From: Porphyromonadaceae bacterium UBA7141
Lineage (GTDB): Bacteria > Bacteroidota > Bacteroidia > Bacteroidales > Muribaculaceae
Direction of reading: 5' to 3'
Assembly: GCA_002491945.1 (NCBI GenBank)
Contig: DKWX01000042.1
Coordinates: 31,192-95,191, forward strand
Length of the DNA: 64,000 bases
A program made the position numbers and the translations under genes. This document shows, piece after piece, positions 28,365-37,161 of the stretch. How positions within the stretch are numbered: position 1 is the stretch's first letter; the number at the start of each line of letters is the position of its first letter. The notes under the pieces were generated by a model. That model searched no databases. It was not told where the DNA came from and saw only the letters and a list, made by a program, of their open reading frames with translations.

Positions 28365-28414
28365 ATAAAAAAATGGATTCATCCGCGCTTTTCTTATGTT
28401 TGCGCGGATGAATC
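28365..28414 (-). terminator. Intrinsic terminator of the ldt-ftsK...cyclo-ligase gene string
   Basis: 13-bp stem GATTCATCCGCGC/GCGCGGATGAATC, then a U-tract on the minus strand. Confidence 0.75.
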
Positions 28415-28529
28415 ACAAGTGTCGTGCAATCTTTTTCCTGTTTGCTCCGTTATGCGGAGAGCCTCGCCGGACGGATTCCGGCGAAGAGAAGAGTGCAGTG
28501 TGCGCCGGGGATTGGCCGGATATGGTGTG

Positions 28530-29078
28530 TCAGTGCTTGACGGTAATCGTGGTGTACTGCGTGATTACCATATCCATCGGCACATCGTGCGCCTCTGTCG
28601 GGATGTCGTCGACGAGCTGGAATTCATATCCTATGCCGATTTTTGTGGCGCATACGCTGCTGAGCATACGGTCGTAGAATCCTTTGCCACGCCCCAGACG
28701 GTTGCCTCTCCTGTCGTAGGCCACGGCCGGTATTACCATCAGTTCGATTTCAGACGGGGCGACTGTATCTTCTCCTGTGGGTTCTTCGATATGGAATGAC
28801 CCGAGTTCGAGGCGTGTCTCATCATAGGGAAGTATGTCGAGGTCTGCGCCGTTGACCCTTGGAAGGAAGAAATGCTTTCTACTCCCCCATTTCCGCAGGA
28901 AACTGCGGGTCGACAATTCATCGGGAAGAGAGTGATACATCAGTACTTTGTCGGCCATCAGAAAGGCTGCCGTCTGCTCCAGACGTGCAAACACATCGTC
29001 GGCCGCCGCCATACGCTCTTCTTCCGACAGCATTCGGCGCATGGCATTTATTTTTCGGCGGATTTCCGATTTTTCCAT
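28530..29078 (-). CDS. 5-formyltetrahydrofolate cyclo-ligase
   Basis: IPAVAYDRRGNRLGRGKGFYDR, HDVPMD. Confidence 0.93.
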   Translation of the reverse strand: MEKSEIRRKINAMRRMLSEEERMAAADDVFARLEQTAAFLMADKVLMYHSLPDELSTRSFLRKWGSRKHFFLPRVNGADLDILPYDETRLELGSFHIEEPTGEDTVAPSEIELMVIPAVAYDRRGNRLGRGKGFYDRMLSSVCATKIGIGYEFQLVDDIPTEAHDVPMDMVITQYTTITVKH

Positions 29079-29090
29079 ATCTTTCTCTGT

Positions 29091-30761
29091 TTAGTTTTTC
29101 TGCTTCATCTTTTTTGCAGCCTCCACAAACTCTTCTTCCGTGGGATGTATCAATACGGGTGACTCGCCGGCCTTTAAAGCCCGCAATGCCTCAGCCACCG
29201 TGGGGTCGCTCTGATTGAGCATCTCCACAAAAGCGGAATATCCAAGGGTGTCGCGCGCTATGATGGCTTTGAGCTGGCTCAATATTAGCTGGCGGCTCTT
29301 GCGGATATAGTACCATCGGGCAGGCACACCATTGGCTGCTGCATATTCAACAAATCCCTCAAGCAGAGTGTTGTCGCGCGGCAATACTTTATTAAACTGA
29401 GTTAGGTTTCTGGCATTCTGAAGCACTTCGCGGTAGCTTTGAGCCACTTTGTATGCATATTTCTGTATCAGACCGGCATTTACGACCTGGAGATAATAAC
29501 TCGTCAGGCCGGTGGTGTCTTCGGGCACGAAGAGATCGGGCATGATACCCCCGCCTCCATAGACCTTACGCCCGGTGCCGGTGTAGAATATGCGCGACTC
29601 GTCAAGCCGGATGCTGTCGCGGCTATAGAACTCGCCGTGGGCAAAACGGTTGGAGATGTCGAGGTCATAGCCATCGATGCCACCGGCTTTATAGTCTTTC
29701 TGAATGGAGCGTCCGGAGGGTGTATAGTAGCGGGCTATGGTCAGACGCACTCCGCTGCTGTCGGGCAGAATAGTCTGATTCTGCACAAGTCCTTTGCCGA
29801 ATGACCGGCGTCCCACTACAAGGCCGCGGTCGTTGTCCTGTATCGCGCCGGCAAAAATCTCGGATGCCGACGCAGAGTATTCATCCATAAGCACTACGAC
29901 GGGAAAGTTGAGGAACTGACCGCTCTCTTCGGTGATGGCTATCGACTGGAATTCGGGCATCTTCCCTTTCGTGTAGACTATCATGCACCCCTTGGGAAGG
30001 AACTCCTGCGCCATGAGTATCGCCTGATCCATGTATCCACCGGAATTGCCTCGCAGGTCAATCACGAAATTTCGGGCGCCATCGAGCCTTAGTCCTGCCA
30101 GTGCCTGGTGAAACTCATTGTAGGTGGTGCGGGCGAATTTGCTGACCTTGACGTAGCCGATGGTGTCATTGAGCAAGTAGTCGGCATCCACGCTGTTGAC
30201 CGGCACATCGCCGCGCACCACGTCATACGTCAGAGGTTTCTTTGATGTGGAGCGGTCGATGAGCAGACTCACCGAAGTCCCTTTCTGACCGCGCAGGTTC
30301 TTGAACACCATTTCATTGGATGCCCCCTTCCCGGTCAGGTCCACACTGTCGGCCTTCAGTATCTTGTCGCCTGGCAGAAGTCCCACTTTCTCGGCAGGAC
30401 CGCCGGCCACTACCTCTATGATATTGACTGTGTCATTGAGTATCTGAAACGACACTCCCACCCCGCTGAACGAGCCCTCAAGGTCTTCAGTCACTGCCTG
30501 CAGCTCGGATTCCGGTATATATGCCGAATGAGGATCAAGAAGCGAGAGGAGTTTCGGATAGAGTTGCTCAAGAAGCGAGTCCATATCCACCTCATCCACA
30601 TACTGCTCCTCAATCATCTCCAGCATCGTATGCAGCTTCTGCTCGCGCGGGTCAAGGCGGGTGGTGAAGAAGTATCGTCCCATAAGGATGCCCCCAGCTA
30701 TCCCCACTGCGAAGAGCAGCGGCAGCAGGAGCATGGAGGGAGTGCGTTTTGCTTTAATCAT
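29091..30761 (-). CDS. S41 carboxyl-terminal processing protease (PDZ)
   Basis: LDPHS, IDLRGNSGG, SASASEIFAGA, SFGKGLVQ, RYYTPSGRSIQ. Confidence 0.93.
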   Translation of the reverse strand: MIKAKRTPSMLLLPLLFAVGIAGGILMGRYFFTTRLDPREQKLHTMLEMIEEQYVDEVDMDSLLEQLYPKLLSLLDPHSAYIPESELQAVTEDLEGSFSGVGVSFQILNDTVNIIEVVAGGPAEKVGLLPGDKILKADSVDLTGKGASNEMVFKNLRGQKGTSVSLLIDRSTSKKPLTYDVVRGDVPVNSVDADYLLNDTIGYVKVSKFARTTYNEFHQALAGLRLDGARNFVIDLRGNSGGYMDQAILMAQEFLPKGCMIVYTKGKMPEFQSIAITEESGQFLNFPVVVLMDEYSASASEIFAGAIQDNDRGLVVGRRSFGKGLVQNQTILPDSSGVRLTIARYYTPSGRSIQKDYKAGGIDGYDLDISNRFAHGEFYSRDSIRLDESRIFYTGTGRKVYGGGGIMPDLFVPEDTTGLTSYYLQVVNAGLIQKYAYKVAQSYREVLQNARNLTQFNKVLPRDNTLLEGFVEYAAANGVPARWYYIRKSRQLILSQLKAIIARDTLGYSAFVEMLNQSDPTVAEALRALKAGESPVLIHPTEEEFVEAAKKMKQKN

Positions 30762-31194
30762 TTTCTATACTCTCAAAGGGTAGGCAGATGGTCTCGACCC
30801 CTGCTGCCCGCAGAAGGTCGAGGCCATCGGTGATTCTGTACATTTCGGAGAATACCACGCGGCGTATCCCTGCCTGTATGATAAGTTTGGAGCATTCCAT
30901 GCAGGGTGAGGCGGTGACATACAGTGTGGCGCCCTCCGAGGAGTTGTTGCTGCGCGCCACTTTGGTTATGGCATTCGCCTCGGCATGGAGCACGTATGGG
31001 AGTGTGTCGCCCGACTCCCCCTCACATACATTGTCGAATCCGGATGGTGTGCCATTATAACCGTCGGAGATTATCATCTTGTTTTTTACAATAAGCGCTC
31101 CTACCTGACGGCGGCGGCAATAGGAGTTTTCGCTCCATATACGTGCCATACGGAGATAGCGGCTGTCGAGCACGCGTTGTTTCTCTGAATCCAT
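30754..31194 (-). CDS. dCMP deaminase family protein
   Basis: GYNGTP, HAEANA, SPCMEC. Confidence 0.92.
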   Translation of the reverse strand: MDSEKQRVLDSRYLRMARIWSENSYCRRRQVGALIVKNKMIISDGYNGTPSGFDNVCEGESGDTLPYVLHAEANAITKVARSNNSSEGATLYVTASPCMECSKLIIQAGIRRVVFSEMYRITDGLDLLRAAGVETICLPFESIEND

Positions 31195-31224
31195 AATCTA
31201 TTTAGCGTGTGGGGTGATTCGTGA

Positions 31225-32163
31225 TTAATGTTCCATCAGGAAGCGCTCCGCATCAAGTGCGGCACGGCAGCCTGTGCCGGCAGCCGATACTGCCTGTCGA
31301 TAAATCGGGTCAGCGCAGTCGCCGGCCGCAAATACCCCTTCCACGTTAGTGCGGGTTGTGGGAGCGGCCGTGATCAGATATCCTTCGGCATCCATGTCGA
31401 GCTGACCACGGAAGATGTCGGTGTTGGGTTTATGGCCGATAGCGAGGAAGAAGCCATCGATGCTGATGTCAAATATCTGTTCGCGTTCTGTGCCTTTATG
31501 CTCCACAATTTTCGCTCCCTCTACGCCGTCTTCGCCGAAGAGGCCCACTGTGTTGCAGTTGAAGAGTATCTCGATATTCTCTTTTTCACGCACACGCTTC
31601 TGCATCACTTCAGATGCACGCAGATAGTCTTTGCGCACAATCAGATATACTTTTTTCGCCAGAGTGGAGAGATAGAGGGCTTCCTCGCAGGCTGTGTCGC
31701 CGCCTCCGACTACGGCCACATTCTTCTTGCGGTAGAAGAACCCGTCGCATGTAGCGCAGGCGCTCACGCCCAGACCGCGGTATTTCTCTTCGTCAGAGAG
31801 GCCAAGATATCTGGCCGATGCCCCGGTGCTCACGATTACGGTCTCAGCCAGCACCTCGTTGCCGTCTTCATCTACGCATAGGAACGGACGGCTGGAGAAA
31901 TCCACACGGGCTATCGTCTTCGATTCGATGCGGGCCCCGAATCGCAAGGCCTGCTGTCGGAGCTGGTCCATCATCTCCGGCCCCTGAATCCCCTCCGGAT
32001 AGCCGGGGAAGTTCTCTATTTCGGTGGTCTGCGTGAGCTGGCCTCCGGGCTGGTTTCCCTCGTAGATTACGGGATTCAGATTGGCGCGCGACGCATATAT
32101 GCCTGCGGTATATCCGGCAGGGCCGCTACCGATTATCAACACTTTTACGGTGTTCTTTTCCAT
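31225..32163 (-). CDS. trxB: Thioredoxin-disulfide reductase
   Basis: GSGPAG, CATCDG, GGGDTA, VFAAGD. Confidence 0.96.
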   Translation of the reverse strand: MEKNTVKVLIIGSGPAGYTAGIYASRANLNPVIYEGNQPGGQLTQTTEIENFPGYPEGIQGPEMMDQLRQQALRFGARIESKTIARVDFSSRPFLCVDEDGNEVLAETVIVSTGASARYLGLSDEEKYRGLGVSACATCDGFFYRKKNVAVVGGGDTACEEALYLSTLAKKVYLIVRKDYLRASEVMQKRVREKENIEILFNCNTVGLFGEDGVEGAKIVEHKGTEREQIFDISIDGFFLAIGHKPNTDIFRGQLDMDAEGYLITAAPTTRTNVEGVFAAGDCADPIYRQAVSAAGTGCRAALDAERFLMEH

Positions 32164-32190
32164 GATATTTTAGATTGTTATTTTGTTTGG

Positions 32191-32805
32191 TTATCTTAAA
32201 TCCGTGATTTTGATTCCGGGGTATCTGCTCTTGGGGAATGTGAATGCCCCGGCATCTATCTTGCTCCCGAGATTAAGTTTTCTGATGGTTATTGTCGTGC
32301 GTCTTCCACCGGCCGTTATCTCCATCGCTTTGGGGAGCATGGTGGAGGCATTGATGGTGAGGCGTATCGACTTTACGTTTCCTCCCCGCCGACGCGGTGT
32401 GAGCACCAGAACTTTCACACCTTTCCCACCCGTGGCGGAGGCCACATTATAATTTTTGGCCATCCCAAGATATATCAGCGGATTGGATTCTGCGAGTTCC
32501 GAACCTGAAGGTGTCCATATGGTGGCCTCGCGTGATGCTGAGGTATAGACTGTCATGGAGCTTCCGTCATACCATGTGGATGACGTGGGTGTCAGCAAGG
32601 CGAATTTCTTTCCCTGCGATTTTAATGAACCATTGACGCTGTGGCCGCCCGATGTCAATGTGAAGTCGGCTGTTATGCCCGAAGCTCTACCGATACGGTC
32701 GGCCACCTGCTGAAGCTCGGCGGCGGGGGTGTCGGCCGATACGGCCAGTGTCCACACCATTGCTATCAGAGAGAGAATATATTTTGTTGTCTTGAAATTT
32801 GTCAT
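32191..32805 (-). CDS. LolA-like lipoprotein carrier
   Basis: Signal peptide, WYDG motif, C-terminal F.F.K..YP...I.DLR, conserved position after ftsK. Confidence 0.75.
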   Translation of the reverse strand: MTNFKTTKYILSLIAMVWTLAVSADTPAAELQQVADRIGRASGITADFTLTSGGHSVNGSLKSQGKKFALLTPTSSTWYDGSSMTVYTSASREATIWTPSGSELAESNPLIYLGMAKNYNVASATGGKGVKVLVLTPRRRGGNVKSIRLTINASTMLPKAMEITAGGRRTTITIRKLNLGSKIDAGAFTFPKSRYPGIKITDLR

Positions 32806-32864
32806 AAATTATAGGGCATTAAGCAAGTGTTGAAATTTTAACTCTTGCTTGTAATAACTCTGAT

Positions 32865-35765
32865 TCATCCTATGCCTATTGTGCGCATCAGTTCCTGAAG
32901 TCCGTACAGATCCATCAGCACCTGTCGCGGCTTGCCGCCAAGCGAGGGGCCTACCACACCATAGTGTTCGAGCTGGTCCATGATTTTGCCGGCACGGTTG
33001 TAACCTATCGAATAGCGGCGCTGTATCCCCGATGTGCTGCCCACACCTGAAGAGACAACAAGTTCGGCCACCTCTCCGAACAGCGGGTCGCGCTCGCCTC
33101 CGGCCATCTGCCCCCCTGCGGCGCCCTCGCCATCGGCAGCGGGAAGTGGCTCGGGAAGTATGTATGGCCCGGCATTGAATGGCTGACGCTTTATGTATTC
33201 ACATATGGCCTCGACCTCTGGTGTGTCGATAAAGGCGCACTGCACTCGCACCATCTCCGAGTTATACGAAATCAGCATATCGCCGCGTCCTATCAGTGCC
33301 TGGGCGCCTGTGGCATCAAGAATGGTCTTCGAGTCGACTCCGGACGACACCTTGAATGCTATGCGCACCGGGAAATTGGCTTTGATGATACCTGTGATTA
33401 CATTGGTCGACGGGCGCTGTGTGGCGATAATGACGTGTATGCCAATCGCTCGCGCCTTCTGGGCCAGACGTGCAATCGGGGTTTCCACCTCTTTGCCGGC
33501 CGTCATGATGAGGTCGGCAAACTCATCTACCACGAGCACTATGTAGGGCATAAAACGATGGCCGTCTTCTTCTTTGAGCAGATTCTGGGAGAGTTTGCCA
33601 TTGTACTCCTCAATGTTGCGCACCTCTGCGGTGCGCAGCAGCTTGTAGCGGTTGTCCATCTCTACGCAAAGCGAATTGAGCGTATCCACCACTTTCGACA
33701 TATCGGTCACGATGGCATCTGAATCCTCAAGCTTGGCCAGATAATGCTGTTCGATTTTAGCATAAAGTGAGAATTCCACTTCTTTCGGGTCAATCATCAC
33801 AAACTTCAGTTCATCCGGACGCTTCTTATATAACAACGATGCTATGATTGCGTTCAGACCTACTGATTTTCCCTGACCTGTGGCTCCGGCCACAAGCAGG
33901 TGAGGCATTTTCGTAAGATCGGCCATGTAGACATCGTTGCCGATTGTAGAGCCGATTGCCACGGGGAGTTTATAATGCGATTCGTTGTATTTGCGGCTCA
34001 TTATGATGGAGCGCATCGACACTGTCTGGGGTTCGCTGTTGGCCACCTCGATACCGACTGTGCCGCGTCCGGGAATCGGAGCGATGATACGCACGCCTCG
34101 GGCTGCCAGCGAGAGGGCTATGTCGTCGGCGAGATTCTTGATTTTTGAAATCTTGATACCTTGCCCGGGACGTATCTCATAGAGTGTCACCGTCGGACCC
34201 ACGGTAGCCTCGATGCTCGTAATCGGGATACCATGATATCTGAGGGTGTCACGGATGCGGTCTTTGTTGGCCTGCTGTTCCTCTACATCCACGCTCACCT
34301 TCTGCTCTCCTTCGCGCAGCAAAAGCGGAGAGGGGAATTTATAAAGATGCTTTATCGAGCCTTGCGCCGATGTGCGGGCGTCCTGAAGTGTCTTTTTGTC
34401 AGTCTGGGCGATGGTGTTGACGTTGACCACCATCCCAAGGTCTTCCTCTTCTTCTTCCATCTCTTCCTCTCGGGCGACTTCGGGCGCAGTGGCAGGCGTT
34501 ACAGCTGCCGACGGAGCCACTTCCGACGGAGCCGACGGGATGTCGGCAACCGGTCGGGCCGACTGATTGTCAGCGGCTGTCGCAGGTCCGGCAGGTGCGA
34601 CTGCCGGACTCACTGCAGGGGCCGGTGCAACCGCAGCATCGCCCCGGGGTGCAGCCGCCGGAGCCTCTTCAGCATAAAGAGACTGTCGCGCCGGAGCCGA
34701 CTGCGGCGCCACCGGTTCCTCATCCTCGATTTCATAGGCACGTATTGAAGGATCCATTGACGAATCTGCGGCTGAGAATGTCACTACATTTTCATCTTCA
34801 TCCGGCTCCTCCACACCTTTCTCCTCTCCGGCGCGGATCGCGTCCAGACGCTCTTGATGACGCATCTCCTCGATCTCGCGCTCACGGCGCAGGCGCTCTG
34901 CTTTGATTTCGGCTGCCTGACGGCGCTTTTCAGCCAGCTGGGCACGCTTGCGGAGCACCCAGTTGACAAAATCCCTCAGACATATCACAAAGAATGTGGC
35001 CACAAGCAGCAGGCAAAGAATCACGGCGCCCGACCACCCGGCAAAGCCTATGATGAATTCATTGACATAGCGCCCATGATACCCCCCCCAGTTCACTACA
35101 GAGTCGAACGACACCGTAAGCAATCCGATGATGAGCGACACCGTAATCAGGGCCACAAGACATTTGATTGTAAAATTGACCGTTTTGAACCGAGGCCGGC
35201 CGCACAGAAGTTTCAGAGCGATGGCCACAAGCCATATAATCAATACGAATGAGCCAAGTCCGAATGATTCGTTAATGAGTAGCTCGGATATGCGGGCCCC
35301 GCCTTCTCCACCGGCATTCCCCACCTGAGGCAATCCTCCCACCGGGGTGTTGGATATGGCCGCCTGGTCGGCGATGCAGTTGGTGAAGTATGATATGAAG
35401 GCCACGAAAAGATAAAGTGCGAATCCGCCTATGAAGATGCCCGTCAGCCAGCGGCATGTCTGCGAGGCAAGGGCATCTCTGACACGCTGCCAGATGCCGA
35501 TTGCCGACACTTTCTGACGCATGGCAGTGTTTGCCGATTGCTTTATTGGCTGGCGGCGGATTTCCTGTTCTTTTGGTTTCTGCCGCTTCTTGACCGGTCT
35601 GACGGTCCGCGGGCGCCCCTTGTCGTTGCGTCCGGGAGATTCCTTGGGTTGTTCAGGCAGAGGCTCAAGGGGAGAAGTCTCTCTGGAATCGCTTCGCTCG
35701 TCGATGTCGAAAACCGGACTGTATGTATCGTCGTAACGCTGATTGTTTTGGTTGCTGTCTGTCAT
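32865..35765 (-). CDS. ftsK: DNA translocase FtsK
   Basis: N-terminal TMs, Ala/Pro-rich linker, HLLVAGATGQGKS, VVDEFADL, ATQRPS, gamma-domain IGYNRAG. Start at ATG 35765 (track uses TTG 35777). Confidence 0.95.
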   Translation of the reverse strand: MTDSNQNNQRYDDTYSPVFDIDERSDSRETSPLEPLPEQPKESPGRNDKGRPRTVRPVKKRQKPKEQEIRRQPIKQSANTAMRQKVSAIGIWQRVRDALASQTCRWLTGIFIGGFALYLFVAFISYFTNCIADQAAISNTPVGGLPQVGNAGGEGGARISELLINESFGLGSFVLIIWLVAIALKLLCGRPRFKTVNFTIKCLVALITVSLIIGLLTVSFDSVVNWGGYHGRYVNEFIIGFAGWSGAVILCLLLVATFFVICLRDFVNWVLRKRAQLAEKRRQAAEIKAERLRREREIEEMRHQERLDAIRAGEEKGVEEPDEDENVVTFSAADSSMDPSIRAYEIEDEEPVAPQSAPARQSLYAEEAPAAAPRGDAAVAPAPAVSPAVAPAGPATAADNQSARPVADIPSAPSEVAPSAAVTPATAPEVAREEEMEEEEEDLGMVVNVNTIAQTDKKTLQDARTSAQGSIKHLYKFPSPLLLREGEQKVSVDVEEQQANKDRIRDTLRYHGIPITSIEATVGPTVTLYEIRPGQGIKISKIKNLADDIALSLAARGVRIIAPIPGRGTVGIEVANSEPQTVSMRSIIMSRKYNESHYKLPVAIGSTIGNDVYMADLTKMPHLLVAGATGQGKSVGLNAIIASLLYKKRPDELKFVMIDPKEVEFSLYAKIEQHYLAKLEDSDAIVTDMSKVVDTLNSLCVEMDNRYKLLRTAEVRNIEEYNGKLSQNLLKEEDGHRFMPYIVLVVDEFADLIMTAGKEVETPIARLAQKARAIGIHVIIATQRPSTNVITGIIKANFPVRIAFKVSSGVDSKTILDATGAQALIGRGDMLISYNSEMVRVQCAFIDTPEVEAICEYIKRQPFNAGPYILPEPLPAADGEGAAGGQMAGGERDPLFGEVAELVVSSGVGSTSGIQRRYSIGYNRAGKIMDQLEHYGVVGPSLGGKPRQVLMDLYGLQELMRTIGIG

Positions 35766-35773
35766 CGTATGTT

Positions 35774-36784
35774 TCAATTGAACAACGGGTCGGCCGGATC
35801 AGGCTCGGCCATATTCGTTTTTTCCGCTTCGGTGCCGATGGTGTCCGGCGGAGTGCCGCCGGATTCCGCCGGCAAGGTGTCGATGGTGTCAGGCTCATGC
35901 TGCCGGACTGTATTAAGCGAGTCAGGCTTGGATTCGGTCTCCTTGGTCTCCGGCTTCGCTGCATTTGGAGATACAGCGGCCGCCTTGCACCGCGGCCGCC
36001 CCGGAATAACCGGAACAGAGGGGATGTCGTAACCCTCTTCTTCATTGACCGCCATATCCTTCGGGCCCGGCGACACTATCACCGGCCATCCGGGCCTGCA
36101 GATTTCGGCAAAGCGCAGGATATTCTCGTTGGTCATGCGTATGCAGCCGTGCGAACGCCGTCCTCCGATGCTCCAGGGGGCCACTGTGCCGTGTATTCCT
36201 ATCTGCGATGAGACGGGAGTGCGCAGGCGCATGAACCTGGGGCCGAACTGTCCCTTGACATCCGAAGTGTTACCGTCATCGTCGGTATAAAGCCAGTCGG
36301 TGGAGTTGTATATCCCTTCGATTGTAAAATACCCCTCCGGAGTGCGGTTGTCGCGCCGCTTATGCTTTGAGCCGTATGGTTTGGCCACGGCCACTCCTAC
36401 CCGCTCCTGCTCCACTCCGTATCTGTCGTAGCGATAAAGTTTCATCGTGGCTTTATCAACGATAAGGAAGCCTTCTTCTTCATTGACGAGAAGACGCCCG
36501 GCATATTCCGGCACATCTCTGGCCATCTGAGGGAGTATCCCCCTGGCATATGCCGCGCTGTCGGCCGAACTGGCCATCGCACGCAGAATCTCATCTGTAG
36601 TGTTAAGCACAACCGGAGCGACTTCAGGCTCCGGTTCAGTCTCTTCAACAAGAGTATCGGGCATCTCTGCCGGGATTTCCACATGCGTGGCCGGCACTGC
36701 GGCATCTCTGCGATGGCATCCGGCCAGCAGCCACAGCACCCCGGCCAGTGCGAATCCGTAAAATCTGATACCTTTGGTGTCCAT
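35774..36784 (-). CDS. L,D-transpeptidase (YkuD domain) lipoprotein
   Basis: Lipobox LAGC, TPEG, IGIHG...SHGCIRM. Start MDTKG lies downstream of a minus-strand TATCTTTG box (36885-36878). Confidence 0.85.
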   Translation of the reverse strand: MDTKGIRFYGFALAGVLWLLAGCHRRDAAVPATHVEIPAEMPDTLVEETEPEPEVAPVVLNTTDEILRAMASSADSAAYARGILPQMARDVPEYAGRLLVNEEEGFLIVDKATMKLYRYDRYGVEQERVGVAVAKPYGSKHKRRDNRTPEGYFTIEGIYNSTDWLYTDDDGNTSDVKGQFGPRFMRLRTPVSSQIGIHGTVAPWSIGGRRSHGCIRMTNENILRFAEICRPGWPVIVSPGPKDMAVNEEEGYDIPSVPVIPGRPRCKAAAVSPNAAKPETKETESKPDSLNTVRQHEPDTIDTLPAESGGTPPDTIGTEAEKTNMAEPDPADPLFN

Positions 36785-36942
36785 AATCTCAAAATCTGCA
36801 GGTGTAGGCGGGCACTGAGGCAAGCCGGCGTCCACCGCAAGAGCCCCGGCCGCACCACGGCGACCCGCTTCTGAGTGCAAAGATAGTAAGAATTTGACAA
36901 TTTATGGCGAGAGATTCAGTATTTTTTGCTAATTTCGCATCA

Positions 36943-37161
36943 ATGAAACATAATAATTCCCCCTCGGGCAATGACACCGGGAAATTAGCCGGCCTTATCT
37001 TATTGGCTCTCATATGGGTTTGGCTGGTGTATATGCTTTTCTCGCGTGGAGGCTTTGATTTGCGCAACATTCTCACAGCAGCATTCTCGGGGATCATCAT
37101 ATTCGTACCATTATGGAAGAGATACCTGCAGCCAATCCTGGCCAAGCGATGCAAGAAGTAG
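36943..37161 (+). CDS. Small two-TM membrane protein (72 aa)
   Basis: Two hydrophobic helices, basic C-terminus, directly behind a TAATTTCG box. Confidence 0.6.
   Translation: MKHNNSPSGNDTGKLAGLILLALIWVWLVYMLFSRGGFDLRNILTAAFSGIIIFVPLWKRYLQPILAKRCKK

Noticed and set aside
28204-28799. Short ORFs in and around the M16 / cyclo-ligase spacer, and a possible 6S RNA near the cyclo-ligase gene
   Set aside because: The region is explained by a terminator and promoter. Only 12 bp separate the cyclo-ligase from the upstream gene, leaving no room for 6S RNA
32821-32850. Possible dif site next to ftsK
   Set aside because: Does not match the XerC/XerD 11-6-11 pattern or the TTATGTTAAAT arm
34440-34720. 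Ala/Pro-rich repeats in FtsK
   Set aside because: Ordinary low-complexity FtsK linker
36785-36880. Extended N-terminus of the L,D-transpeptidase in the ORF track
   Set aside because: It overlaps the predicted promoter. The lipoprotein signal begins at MDTKG (36784)
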